64,000 nucleotides of DNA. Origin: Laetmonice hystrix. Its lineage: Eukaryota. Below, in pieces: positions 13,701 through 26,341 of this stretch. The notes below the pieces were generated by a model. It saw only the letters and a program-made list of their open reading frames with translations, searched no databases and was not told the DNA's origin. The stretch spans positions 14,880,001 through 14,944,000 of the forward strand of contig OZ249448.1 in assembly GCA_965235115.1 (NCBI GenBank), given 5' to 3'. Made by a program: the position numbers and the translations under genes. Every line of letters begins with the position of its first letter. The stretch's first letter is position 1.

Positions 13701-16700
13701 CAAAGTAACCTGTGTATAAATGTAGGGTAAGACAACAAAACGATGACTTACAGAATGTAATATAGCGTAAATATAGTAGGGTTTTGAAAATCTGAGGGCC
13801 AAAGAGACGTGCCAGACTGGACATGGACTTGCCGCAGATAATACAGTCCTACACAGCAGTGACCAGCATGTCACACAAAGCAAAACTTACCCAACTTTGG
13901 TGAATAGTTTCCCATGGACATTCAAAAAGCTCAGTACAAATCGCTTGTTCAACTGAAATGTCAAAGCATACAGAGTTGAATACATGAGTTGAAATACTTT
14001 CTTACACTTCTGTGGATAATTTACCGTGTGATTTAAATCAGTCAGAGGGACTGAGACTTATTACAGAGAGCTCTAGGCAATACCATAATAGCCACAAACA
14101 TATATTTTACCCGAAGCATATATGATTTATCAAATTAACTCATGACAACATTTTATTTAAATCCTCAAATGGCCAATGGTCAAAAAGATACTATGACAAC
14201 AATAAAAATATAAAAAAGTTCTTTGATTCAAGTGTCTGATAGAATATCCTGAGCGACCAACCTCCACAGATGTCAGTTTGCTGAGATCATCGACTGTGTC
14301 CTCTGTCCCTACCGAGCTGCTACCGTCTGGGGATATCCAAACTTCGACGCGGTTACCTTCCCGCGACTTTTGCAACTCCTCCTGACGCTGTTGTCTCTTC
14401 TCCTCTTGCTTTCTCTTTTCTGTGATTTCAGCCTGTATTATGAATATTATTCTGTAGAAAGTAAAACTAAGCAAGGCCCCAAGTTCTGATAATTTAATAA
14501 TTAAATAATAATAATTTAATAACAATACTGATAATTTAAGTAAAGAATTTCCCACATTTTAACTAGTTTGTTAGATCTATGTGAAGTGATCGCATATTCT
14601 GGTTACCTTTTTCCTTGCCTCATCAAACAGAGACATAAGGCTTTCACGGGCTGTGATGAATGGGTTGCTAGCTGCAAGGCTTCGCATATAGTAGTAAACA
14701 GCATCCAGCTTCCGTCGCTAAAATAAAAAAACAATCTGTAGTTAGTACCACAAACCAAAACACCTCAGTAATAATTTCCTTTGTTTAGTTCATCAATCTT
14801 AAACACTCTTTAACACAATCTTTAACACAGGAGGAACCTGTTCTAGAGTCTAAATTAGATCTGTGATAATATACTAATCACTAAAATTTTACAAGTTTTC
14901 TCTAAGGGTAGAGGTAATGAAACTAGATTAATACTTCAGAAGAATCTACTGATTAAATCATAAATACTTCAAGCCTGAATCATGACACAACTATCTAGGG
15001 ATCTCAAAAAAGTATAGAAAGTGAACGTACTGTATATAAAGCCAGGATAGCGAGCTGGTTATATGGTCTGCCATTCTTTGGAGCAATCTGCTGGGCTTTC
15101 ATGTACCAACTGTGGGTTAAAATTAACTGTTTTATGTGACATTTATCTTTTAAACCATACTAACCACAACATGAATGGCTATGGCAATCAATATAGGCAC
15201 ACACAAACCCTCTTATCTGAGTTTTGACCCAGGTAAAGACGACATACCTTCGGGCTTTACCGTAGTTTGTAGTGTGGTTTGTCTGTTCACGGTAACGTGC
15301 CACGTCACCAAGACAAATCATTGTGCGCTGTGCACTGAGGAGTGCCAGCTTGACTTGTCGACTCAATGTTTCTGGTGGCAGTGTGTTCTGGTCAAGGAAC
15401 TCTTCCAGTTGAAAGCTGTATGTGTTTTGAAGGTTTTTCAACATTCCTTCATAGTATGAAACACCCTGGAATTATAAGTATTATCCTATGTGAAATCATT
15501 GACATAACTGTCCTTTTATTTATAATAAACTATATTCAAACGGCAAACATGCTATGTTTATGCTAAAAGTGATAATCAAAGTATTATGGCAGCCACCATA
15601 CATCATTACCATGGTTACTGCTATGTAAGAATCAATGGGGACAAATGTCTATGGTTTCATTGAAAGTGAAAAGAATGTGAAAGTCACTAATTACTTCTTC
15701 AAGCAGTTCGAGGAGATGTTTTTTGAGATGGTCTCGGAGATCATCTTCCAGATCTCCATCCGCTGCAAGCTTTCGAAGAATCTCGATGACCTGGTAGAAG
15801 GCAGACTTCCATAAGGTCTGCTCCACATTGTGCTTGTTACACAGGTCAGGGTCGAGAAGAACTATCTGGCCAAATTTAGTCTGCACTTCACGTCTGAATG
15901 GTAAAAAAATATGTGGAGAGTATGAAACAAAGAAAATGGACAAACAGAACTTCAGAATGCATTGCCACCTTGTGATCTATCAATGTCATTGTTGCCTTTA
16001 GGAAGTAAATAATACAAAACATTGGGGAACACTCACCTGAGGCTCATAACCTTTTGCATACCCTCCTCACCGTGGATACGACGGGATAGAATGTTGGCCA
16101 GCTGGTTGTCAAGTGGCGTCACATCCCTAAGTAGACTTTCTGCTTTCATTCGATTGGAAGTTCGAGACCTCCCGCTGATGTCCTGCTCGTATCCACTACA
16201 AATGGGATTAGAAATTGATATTCTACACATGTGGATGAAATGATTTTAACCAACAGTTTGTTTTATGTGTGAGAGTAGGGATCTCCGACGTCAGCACATT
16301 GTGCCAGTGTCACAGGTCTGTGTGACAGTTGTGGCCTGATTGAATAAATCATAATTATTACACATCTTCATCAAAAGCGAAATAGGCAAGCTTTTATTTG
16401 TGGATGAAATTTAACCAACAGTTAGATCTGTTTTACCTGTGATAATAGGGATCCCTGGCATAAGTGTCGTCAGCATAGGCAGCACTCTCCAGGTATGCAG
16501 GTTGGTAGTGATAGAACATGGCGTCTCCTTGCTGAGGGCTGCTTGAATACTCACTGGTGTCGTAGTAACCTGCCCCAGAGTGTGGTGGCCCTTGGGCTGG
16601 GTAGTTGTAGTAATAGTCATCAGTTGGGCTAAAGTTTGCGGACGGGAACGGTTCCTGATATGGCTGTGTATCGTGAGGATCATGGAAGTGGAGGGGTTGC

Positions 16701-19700
16701 CCCGCTGAACTGGTGGCTGACTTGTGTGGATTGTTTGGGTCATATAACGTGCGATGTGTCCCGCCCCTGGCCCGGCCCCGCCCTCTGGTGTTAACGGATT
16801 GTACCAGCGGCTGGGCATACCCCAGGGTGTGGGGGTTGGGTTGTCGGTGACCCATGGCGGGGTACGGGCCTGGCGGCTGTATCTGATGGTGAATGTTGTC
16901 TGGGTGGCACGGGAGCCGGATGATACCACCACCCCTACCCCCACTGTGGACACTGTCAGGGTTTGCAGGTCCATGGGATGCGACAAGGTCCTTTTTATCA
17001 CCTTCCCTCCCACCCAACATCTTCACCTGTCGCTCATTGTGAGCAAATGTTACCTTCAGACTTAGTCTCTTTCCGTCCTTGCCAATTCTTTCCTGACCCC
17101 CTACGGGTGCCCCGTTCCCGTGATCTCCCATGTCTTTCCCAGATCTGCCCTGAACACTGGTTTGTGAGCTGTGCCCCTTACCTACCATCCACTCCTTTCC
17201 AACCCACTCCTGGTCCACTGCTTGTGTCAAACGCCCCTTTTCTTCACCACCATTTTTACCACCTCGCTCCTGACCCCCACGTTGTCTCACGCGCCCCTTT
17301 TCTCCAGCCCCATCCTTTCCAACCTTCTCATTCTGTGTTCCTCGACCCTTGTCGATTACTGGCTCCTCCCACTCCTCTCTTACCCAGCTTTTATGTTCAA
17401 TGTCCTCCCTTAATACTCCTCCATCTTTCCCCCTTTCTCCTTCTTGTCTTGTGTTCCCTTCTCCATCGCTTTTTCCTTTGTTTCTTTTATCCCTTCTCCT
17501 GTTTCCCCGAGAATCTGTTCGTTCATTCTCTTCCCCACCAGAGTCTTTCCTTTGCATAGCTTTCCCTGATTGCAGTTTCCCCATCTCATGCTTGCTTGTT
17601 TCTTGCTTAGAATCCCAGTGTTTTCTTTGGCTTTGTCTTACCACCTGTGCATCACCTTCACTTTGTTTTTCACTCTTCCAACCTTTATCACTGGGGCTAT
17701 GTGGACTTATACCTTTTTCTGCAGAGTGTGAATGTTGCTTCTGTAAAACAGATGTTGAATTAGACTTTGAGTGGGGCAGAGCATCCCAGTCGTCATATTC
17801 ATGTCTCTGGGCACGGTGGCCGGGTTTTTGATCTTTTGAAATACTAATGTGTTTACCACTGCCCTTGCTGCTGTTCTGCCGATGTACATATAGTTGTTGA
17901 TCATTGATTGCATTTGGTTTGTTTTTTCTCGAACTGTGTTCAGCAGAACCATAGCTTCCCTTTTTTTCTTGACCAGTTCTTTTCTGTTCTGCTGTCCCCC
18001 CATCATCATGATGATCATCCAGAGACGGGGTTCTCTGTTGATTTGATCTGTCATCTTCCACATTCTTATTCCCGGGACGGGAATTTGTGGGACTGTCAAG
18101 AACAACATCTTCAGTTCGATCCCAGCTTAAACTTTGAGTTTTTTCCTCTGGTAGGGCCTGGACTGGAGGACTGTCCACCTTCTCTGACCTGCTTGACTTT
18201 CGCTGTCTGTGGTGTGGTCGCTGCTCCCTTTGTGGCTGAGGTGGCTCAGCCTTTGGATGCCGTCCTCTTGTTGGAAGGCGGCCAGTCCAATGAGGCTTTC
18301 CTGGACTCTCCTCTCCATCAATGGCAGCATCTCTCACATGTAGAGGTTCATGCTCCCCTCTCTGTCTCCTCTCACGTTTCTTCCGTCGGTCCAGATGGCC
18401 CGCATCGCTTGCACCTCTTTGTTGTGATAAGCTCGTGTATGACACATGAGCCCACTGTTCATCACATCGGTCTCCACTATAATCTGGATCTGCTGAAGTG
18501 TAGTCCCACTCTAATGAATCGTGGCTGGCATCGCTCAAGTTAGGCTCACTACCTTCACTCAGATTGCGAACATGTACGTTGTATTTTTGAAAATCCTTTA
18601 GGACTTTTCCAGCTGGGCCATTCGTCTTAATCCCTGCTTGTACATCAAGATCCTCATTGACAACCGTAACGACCATGTGGACATTGTTAGACTTGAGGTC
18701 CACCTTACGCAGAGGTGAAGTGGGAGCTTCTACTGCTCCGAGATCTTCTATAATTCCTTCACTGATGTCACCTGGTGTTACATTGTCTAGATCTGTCTCA
18801 GGCTGAACAACAGACTCACTGTGTCCACCTTGTTGAGGATCTGCTTGCTGTTCTAGTTTCATTTTTGGGACATACCGCTGCATTTCAGGGCGGCGGTGAC
18901 GTTTTCTTGGCTTTGTCTCTGTGGTATCTGAACCACAGCCACTGCCACTTAAACTTGTCTGTGATAACTGGCTCGTCAACATTTCTTCTTCATCCTTTTC
19001 ATTATTCTCAGCCATCATTACGGTGTTGTTCTGTCCAGTGTCAATGTCTTCGTCAAGCCCTCCTGGATCGTCGACAGCCTCACCATCGTCTTTCTTGGGG
19101 TTTATTCGCATTCGGCCTGGTTGGTAGATCTGTCGGTCCGGCCGTCGGTTACGCTTTGCTGCATGATCTTTGTCTTCCTTCTCTTTTCTCCGTGCTAGAA
19201 TATCATGATAAAAAAAAGGAATAAAAGTCATGTCTGCTGGTTTCAATCCCTGATTGAAGTTTGAACTATGGTTAGCTTAGTGGTATGGAGTATGGTAAGA
19301 GAATAAGTGAAGCTAAAGTAAAAGAAGAATTACTTTATCATTCTAGTTTCTAATTCTACTTTATTCAACCCTGGTGAGTTATCTTTCTCATGTTAGTAAT
19401 TCTAAACTAGGAAATCAAATCAGAAAAATGATAATCTATGGATCGTTTATCATCATCTTTCTCCCTAGTTTTCAGTCCTGCAAAATTGCTAACCATGCAG
19501 GGACAGAGAACTTACATCTATACTATGGCACTGGTCAACAGAAATGAGCAACAGAATCAACAAGAGCTATCAACAGCTCTTGACAAATTTACAGACATTA
19601 CACCTGTTATTGTTAGTGACTGTGACTGTGTTATGCTGGTTCCACACCAGAGCAAGGCAACGACAAGACACCAACAAGACAACTACAATACGAGTACAAA

Positions 19701-20837
19701 AATTGTTGAACCTGTTAATTTCTATTATGCCTTCTACACCGGGCCAGCAATGGCAAGACAAGAATGGTCCAACAACAGATAGACAACGACAAGACAAAAC
19801 AGAGATGAACCATTTTCATCTTTTGTCTTGTCGGGCTGTTGTCAGACGGGAGGACGAGAGGTTCCCTCGGTGGCTTGCCGGCCTATCCGACACGGAGAGG
19901 CGAAGAGCTACAAGAGATGGTCTCCTTCTGCCAGGGTTGTGGTGAGTTGCAACGGTTTGCAACTGGTTGTAACAGTTTCTGCCCGGGGTGGACATTGGTA
20001 TTTTACATTAATTTTAATAGGCCTAGTGTGCCCATCGTCAAGACTGGCAAGAGTCTCTCGGACTACCAGGGTCATGCAATCCACCAATAGAGAGTTCTAT
20101 TCGTCATATTTTGTACGGTACTGTAGTTGTCTTGTCATTGTCTTGCTCTGGTGTGGAACCAGCACGAGTGTTCGGCCTCAGCCACTTTATCATGTCTGTA
20201 TCACTATCAGTAGGGGTATATATCGGTAAAATTCAACACGATCGACACGGCCGTAAAATGAAGGGCGACATCCACTTCTTAACATAGATCTGCCATATCC
20301 ATCTAGGCCTACATCTCTTACACAGTCTTAGTCTTTAGTCTTAGTTAGACTGGAGCCAGTCTCACTCTCACTCAGTCTTAGACTGGAGCGTAAAAATAAA
20401 AGTGACACAACGTCACAAGACATGATTGAATCATTATAAAACAGCGACATGGGACATGGACAAATTCTTATCATGTGACACTGGGACACAGGCATAAAAA
20501 ATAAGACCCCTATGTATACCCCTATCACTAGTATCAGTGCTATGCCATGCCGAACGCCCTATGCTGTGTATCACTTATCAGTATCACTGACTATCACTTT
20601 GCTATCTGTATGATGTACGCTGCATGGCTGGCTCGATAACCATTGCTCTGTTCGGAGTCCCCATATCCATCAAAGGATGTATGCAACAGTATAAAGATTA
20701 AAGCCCATGACCCCTAAGGCACCAATACCTGCTGGGGAACGTATTTCAGATCCGCGTTTTTCCTCGATAGTATATCTTTCGGAGAGATTTGACAGTTGTT
20801 TGAAGGAAAGTCGTACAACCTTCTCATCAGACGCCAT
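10749..20837 (-). CDS. SMG6: SMG6/EST1A NMD endonuclease, about 1787 aa. 18 exons: 20837-20729, 19194-16437, 16195-16037, 15893-15695, 15465-15248, 15109-15031, 14717-14607, 14432-14262, 13952-13891, 13688-13543, 13420-13171, 12843-12642, 12414-12238, 12131-11980, 11835-11696, 11512-11295, 11131-11050, 10879-10749
   Basis: The N-terminus is MASDEKVVRLSFKQL, with the ATG inside a YY1-like CAAGATGGCG. EJC-binding motifs RRPDRQIYQPG and RRPEMQRYVP are present. The EST1/TPR region includes VEQTLWKSAFYQVIE, WYMKAQQIAPKNGRPYNQLA and RRKLDAVYYYMRSLAASNPF. The PIN domain has intact acidic motifs VPDTN, INELDGL, GNNDDLIL and LLTDDRNLR, and ends PAFLKWAKVS*. All junctions are GT-AG and phase-compatible (5364 nt). 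Confidence 0.96.
19634..20164. mobile_element. MITE with about 35-bp TIRs in SMG6 intron 1 (Harbinger-like termini)
   Basis: The left end tgctggttccacaccagagcaaggcaacgacaagaca is the reverse complement of the right end tgtcttgtcattgtcttgctctggtgtggaaccagca, with 2 mismatches. It has internal gacaagac repeats. The TSD is not preserved. Confidence 0.75.
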
Positions 20838-21688
20838 CTTGAATATCCATATCTTTCTCGCCTCCCGAAAAAAGAGCTTGCCGGTCCCCTGTTCTTCGGA
20901 CACGCACAGGGAACCAGTTGAAAGGGTACGATCAATCTTTGGTACGATCTTGATCTTGGCGTCAATATGAATAAGTCCAAGAATATGGTGGAGTAGGCCT
21001 AAACGATCTCACCCTATCACACAGTATCAGTGTGGGTAGGCTGGGTAGGTCGATTTCCATAACCCAAAGTTTTCTCTTGATTATTTAAGATAATAATATA
21101 AATACGGGGGCGGATCCAGGCCCGGCTGGGGGGGGGGGGGGGGGCAGGGGGCTGTGGCTGTGTAGCTGTAGGTCTAACTGAAATCATAGACCATACAGTT
21201 GTTATATGGTCTATGCTGAAATGGGGGAGGGGGGTCGGGCGAGGGGGGCGGGGACGGGGTGTGTGTGTAGGGGGGGGCACCCATAATTAGTCAATCATTT
21301 GATATAGATCTATTTAGTTATTCCAGGCAACCCGGAAACCCTGTGCAACACCCTTATTCGGGCAAAAACGACATTATCTACCATCTAGAATTTATAGATT
21401 CTACGGCATGGGCCACACGGTCGAGATGCAGCAGCGCCGGTTGGCGGAAATTTTGATAACTAACGTTATGGCATGGCCGAGTTCGCCACATCGGAATAGG
21501 CTAGGGCCTAGTTGGAGATTCTTTTACAATCTGTAACGCTACTATTATTTTGATCATGTCAGACTCTGATGCCTTATCCCTGCTTGATATGTGATACTTA
21601 TGTTCGCCGCCTTTGATGTTTGAAGTGGCGATGCGCAGCGCAAGACAGTACGCTTTGCCAGCCGACTGTAATAATAATTACAATAATA

Positions 21689-22168
21689 CCCGCTAGATGG
21701 CACTGAATAGGGTGCTGCCATCTATCGTTTTAACTCTGAACTAATATTGAGTTCCAAGTCAAAAGGATAGATGGCTGACTGGTCCCCTGCTGTTTTCCTC
21801 CCGCGGTCGGAGATACAGACAGGTACACACCAGCAAAAACGGGCAGATTTAGGCCCGAATTTATATTCTGACGTCAAAAAAAAAAGACAGCCGGAACGAC
21901 AGATCACTTAGCAACAGGCCGTACGACCATGGTGATATTGTCACGTCACAATCAGTAGACTTAGGAACCATGGTGATATTATCGCGTCACAATCAGTAGA
22001 CGTAGAAAAAACAATTTGGCATCGGTGTGCGCCAATGAGAGCGAGTCGCTCTTTGGCCAATGAAATGGGCTAACGCGCTGCTGTGTACCGGTCTCTATCT
22101 CCGATAGGAGTTGAGCCGGGGACCAGTCAGGATAGATGGCAGCACCCTTTTCCCTGCCATCTAGCGGG
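21689..22168. mobile_element. Element with 38-bp terminal inverted repeats, each TIR itself a hairpin
   Basis: cccgctagatggcactgaatagggtgctgccatctatc (from 21689) matches the reverse complement of gatagatggcagcacccttttccctgccatctagcggg (ends 22168) with 3 mismatches. There is an inner IR ctgactggtcccc/ggggaccagtcag and an internal direct repeat of about 41 bp. Confidence 0.7.
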
Positions 22169-22789
22169 AATTGTGGAACTAATCACGATGTATCGGCAGC
22201 GATGGAACTTCGCTTCGGTTCGGGGCTTCAAACGTTCATAGCGACGAATGAAATAATGCTTATCGCGTGTCAAGAGGGAGTTAAGAAGTCAAAGGTTGAA
22301 ATGATGTTTGGATTTCCTGCAGATTCTAAGTGAATTGTCAAAGGAATCGTGTCGAACGTGTGTTGGAAAATCATTTTCAGCTTTCAAGGTTTCGTAAAAG
22401 TGCCGCCAGTAGGCGCTGATGTATAGTGACCGTTTCGGGAATGGTTTTGGTTACTGTAAATCAGGTATTTTTCGCGTGTCTTTTAATTTCGCGATTTTCG
22501 CGTTTTCAAGAAAAAACCGCTTAAGAAAAGCCAAATAAACACTTGGAACGGCGCATTTCCAGTAATATCCGCTTACAAAACAAAACAACACTTCATTACC
22601 TTCTTTAAAGCGATCCGAAACCGCCACTAGCAATAGGGCCCATGGATAACCATGGTATAGTGCCTTTTACCTGCCACCATCTAATTCCCACAAAGTCTGT
22701 GTGTTAAAAGTAATCCCCGATAGAAACTGAGAGTTGCCCGTTTGCTGACTGCGTCCATCTTGCCGAAATTCACTGCCGTGAGACCTTAA

Positions 22790-23500
22790 AAAATGGCGTC
22801 CCTAGAGCCTACCCCATTCCCCCATCACTGTGTTGGTCAACCATCTTCACGGACACTATGCACAATAATGGTTATACTGGTGACCTCGGACCATGGTTAT
22901 CTCGGCCCATGTCGATTACATGACTTCATGTCCCATGCGTGCCCTGTCCCAGGCTCCATGCCTCACCCGACACCCGAGTCAGGTGGTCAAGAGTCTCAAG
23001 TCAACAACAGGCAGCACTCCCTTGCTCCCGGCGGGCGTGCACTGGTGGTTGGACGGGGCCAGACATGCCAATTTGGTCGATCGACAACGTAGTGAAAAAT
23101 CTCTTATACCGGGCGCTTAAACGAACAGAAATTCGTCGCAATAGTACCCTCCAACGCATGAAATGGTGGCTGAAAGCTATTATTTATACGGAGAATTGTC
23201 AACTAGAGAATGAAATGTACACTGGTTGGGTCATGGATGGAGTCTGACAGTAGTGACAGACTACGGCAGTCTACGGCCGGGGACATGGCGTGCACTGCCA
23301 CTGTCAAAGCGTCGGGCTACCGTTCAGCTAGCACACCCAGGCATATCTTCACGAAGGATCAGCACCAAGTCAGTGGTGTGGTTAGACCTGCTGATCGGTC
23401 TCCTAGTACTATGACACGGATAATCTTACTCGCAGCTCTCAGTCTAGACTCTCTGACTACCTTGTATCCTCACCCGATCTGACAGCTGGTCGAAACTCGC
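22790..23500 (+). mobile_element. Possible highly degenerate LTR-retrotransposon (Gypsy-like) pol fragment
   Basis: The frame reading LPLSKRRATVQLAHPGISSRRISTKSVVW loosely resembles the Gypsy integrase zinc-binding region (LQLAHEGHPGI...RSKVWW). The resemblance is weak and there is no intact ORF. Confidence 0.25.
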
Positions 23501-23765
23501 GGCTCTGGCGACGTCACACTTCCGGGTGACCTGACTGTTTTTGATTGGCTGAATCAATCTCCCATGTGATAATGTGATGTAAAATGGCGCCGAGTTCAAT
23601 TCTCGGCTAGAGGTACGGTACTCGTAGTTTAAGGTTGGCATTCTCGTTTATGTAAAACCTATTGACCTGCATTTATTGCTGATGTTATTCTTTATTGTAT
23701 AAGGCATATGGGAAGGTATAAGGTAGCTGGATTGTTGCATTTGGCTTTAACTTGGCAGTTGCTTA

Positions 23766-24835
23766 GGGGCAGACCATTTAATAGCTGGGGGGAGGGTATG
23801 GTTTTTCTTTCTGACCAAACTTTTTTTTTTACTTTCAACAAAAAACAAACATTTTTTTTTCTCCCTGATCAAAAGCAAACAATTTTTTTCCCGAGGTGGC
23901 AGAGACAAACTTTTTTTTCCGGGACATAATTCTGCAGCAACCATTAGAGAAATCTATGTTATCCCGTAAATTCCTGTTCCACAGACATAGGCGCCGGAAG
24001 ATATTCACAGGTTGGCGGGGGGGGGGGAGACCAAATCATAGGTTCCAAGTACATGTACCAAGTTTTGAAATGCTGGTGATAAGAACGTCGAAGGCGGGAA
24101 GCCTCAAGCGGGAGGGGGGTCTGGGGGCCCTCCCCCCGAAAAATTTGAAAATTAATGTGCCAAATGCACGTTTTCCTGGCATATGGGAACAAAATCTAGG
24201 CCCGCTGACGGTCTGACCATCTCCTGCCACCTTGGATCTGGGGGGGGGGGGGGGGGGGTCAAAACTATATGCTTCCCCCCAGCCAGGCAACAGGCGCCCC
24301 CTGCCCCCAGTTTCTGGCGCCTATGACAGAGGTTGAAGAAAATCTACAGTTCCTAGATATTAGGAATGTACGATTGTACTGTACTCAGCTTTGAACCATG
24401 CAGTACTTTTATAATAGACTATGAAACAAATTGGAAGTTCTAATTGTCTTCACATATTTGTGGGCTTTCAAATGTCTTGTAGTGCAAGCGATTGTCTACA
24501 TAAACCATACAAGTTATACATACTAGTATTCAAGTGCATGTCATATTGATATGTTTTACTCAGTATTGTACAGAGTATGCCTAACTAACACTGTTGACCG
24601 AGCGGAGCGAGGAGAATTTTTGGTCTTCTTTTATTTTTTTAGCAATTTCGGGCAGATTTTTTTTTATAAATCTGCTGCCTGTCAACAATCTATTTTTTTT
24701 CACTCACATTGCTGAACAAATGATTTTTTTCACACACATTTGGGAGCAAACTATTTTTTGGGGTCAATTTGGCAAACAAACTTTTTTTTTACGAAAAAAC
24801 CATACCCCCCCCCCAGCTATTAAATGGTCTGCCCC
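23766..24835. mobile_element. PIF/Harbinger-type non-autonomous element with TTA target-site duplication
   Basis: tta|ggggcagaccatttaatagctgggggg..ggtatggtttt on the left, and its reverse complement ending ...ctattaaatggtctgcccc|tta on the right. Confidence 0.85.
23986..24325. mobile_element. MITE with CATAGGCGCC termini and a 5-bp TSD (acaga), nested in the Harbinger element
   Basis: acaga|cataggcgccggaag ... tttctggcgcctatg|acaga. Confidence 0.85.
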
Positions 24836-26341
24836 TTACTAGCTCCTGCTGTAGATTCTACATGTATTTGCGTGGTGGGGAATTAAAACTGTTGAATTTA
24901 ATACTTGTCTTTACTTTTAAATGGGAATGCCATTGCCTAAACGCGAATTTAAGAAACGCCAAACTAGCCCAAAATGAAAAAATGCGAAATTTTAATCACG
25001 CAAAATTAAAGTGATTTACAGTATTAATATTTTATTCACCAGGGACATGATTTTTTAAAATCCGATACACAGAGAACAGTATTTGAGACGCATCAGCCAT
25101 TTTCCGAGGAATAGCCTGAGAAACCTGGGGAGGGGGGGGGGGGGCATTCGTAGCATTTTTATTTACTTTCGTGGATACACCAAATTTGTTGTTATGTAGG
25201 TGCCTAGACTAGATAGAAAAGTCGCGTCTACTCGGTACATTAATGAGGCAAATTCCAATGACGTAGATCTATGCAAATAAACGTTATAACTTTTATTTCA
25301 ACGCGCTGGCATCTCAGAATATCAATTGTATTGACAAGTAGGATTCATCATCTAACCAGGCAGAAATGTATTAGAACAACTTCCGGATTTACCGAATAAT
25401 TTACATCTACGACATCTGCTTTAACCTATAGGCCTACCATCTAATTCTGGAAACAATAAAATGTCGATTGGTCGTATACCTATAATACAGACTTATTTAT
25501 ACTTGGTAGTACACGAATTCTTTGTCAATTGGAATCATTGGAACACTGGTCCACAATTTCAACAGTTCCATGGTTCAGCTTAGTAACGGTTCGACCTGGA
25601 TTATACAGGCATGTTTCCGTCACCTCATTGTTAACATGGAAGTGATTCACAGTCCGTCGTCGGTATATATCAATATAAGACCACTATATAGTAAAGCTCA
25701 CATAGGCCTACATCTGCCGAAACAATCACAATTTCTCTCGAGGGTTCTTCAAGAAATAGGGCCATGTTATAGGCCTAATCTGCACGTTGACGGATTCTTT
25801 CTGGAGTCATGATATTCGCATTATGAAAGCAGTCGTTTCTTACACATGCAACGCTACTCGTCCAAGAAGAAACACATTTACGCAGATTGCAAAATTTTAG
25901 GCCTATCCTAAAAATACAGGTGTACAATTAATACTATATACATGTACATGTATTACATTTCTACGTATAATTGTTTTGGATTAGCTTGGAAATTGTATCG
26001 TTCATATTGTGGAATTTCTCACAGTAGATTCGGTCGGAAATTTCCATATTTGGTTTGCAGGATGTGACGTCACTAGACAACAGTCGGCATGCCCTCGGAA
26101 CCGTTAGGACGTTCAGCGTCCAATCCTTTACTACTGTCCGATCCCATTGTCAGCTGCTTTTTAATGCCATCTCTAAAAAAAGGAAACAACCGCAATGTAT
26201 TTTTCAAATAATTACAAATGGATTGAACTAGGTGTGCTTCTTACAAAGTTGGCAAACTGTATATAGGCCTACCATCCCGCGACTGGAGTTCAATATAGTC
26301 TGGTTGACCATGCAATGTCTCAATAATAAGCGTAAAAGGAC

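Larger units (their letters stand above)
22454..25021. mobile_element. Two halves of a TA-flanked CTGTAAAT-terminated MITE, possibly split by nested insertions
   Basis: ta|ctgtaaatcaggtattttt...cgcg at 22454 and cacgcaaaattaaagtgatttacag|ta at 25021. Both subterminal regions are rich in ttcgcg/cgcgaa. Confidence 0.5.

Noticed and set aside
16411-19224. Several 100-210 aa ORFs overlapping SMG6 exon 2 on both strands
   Set aside because: They are shadow frames of a long, compositionally biased coding exon, with no recognisable domains.
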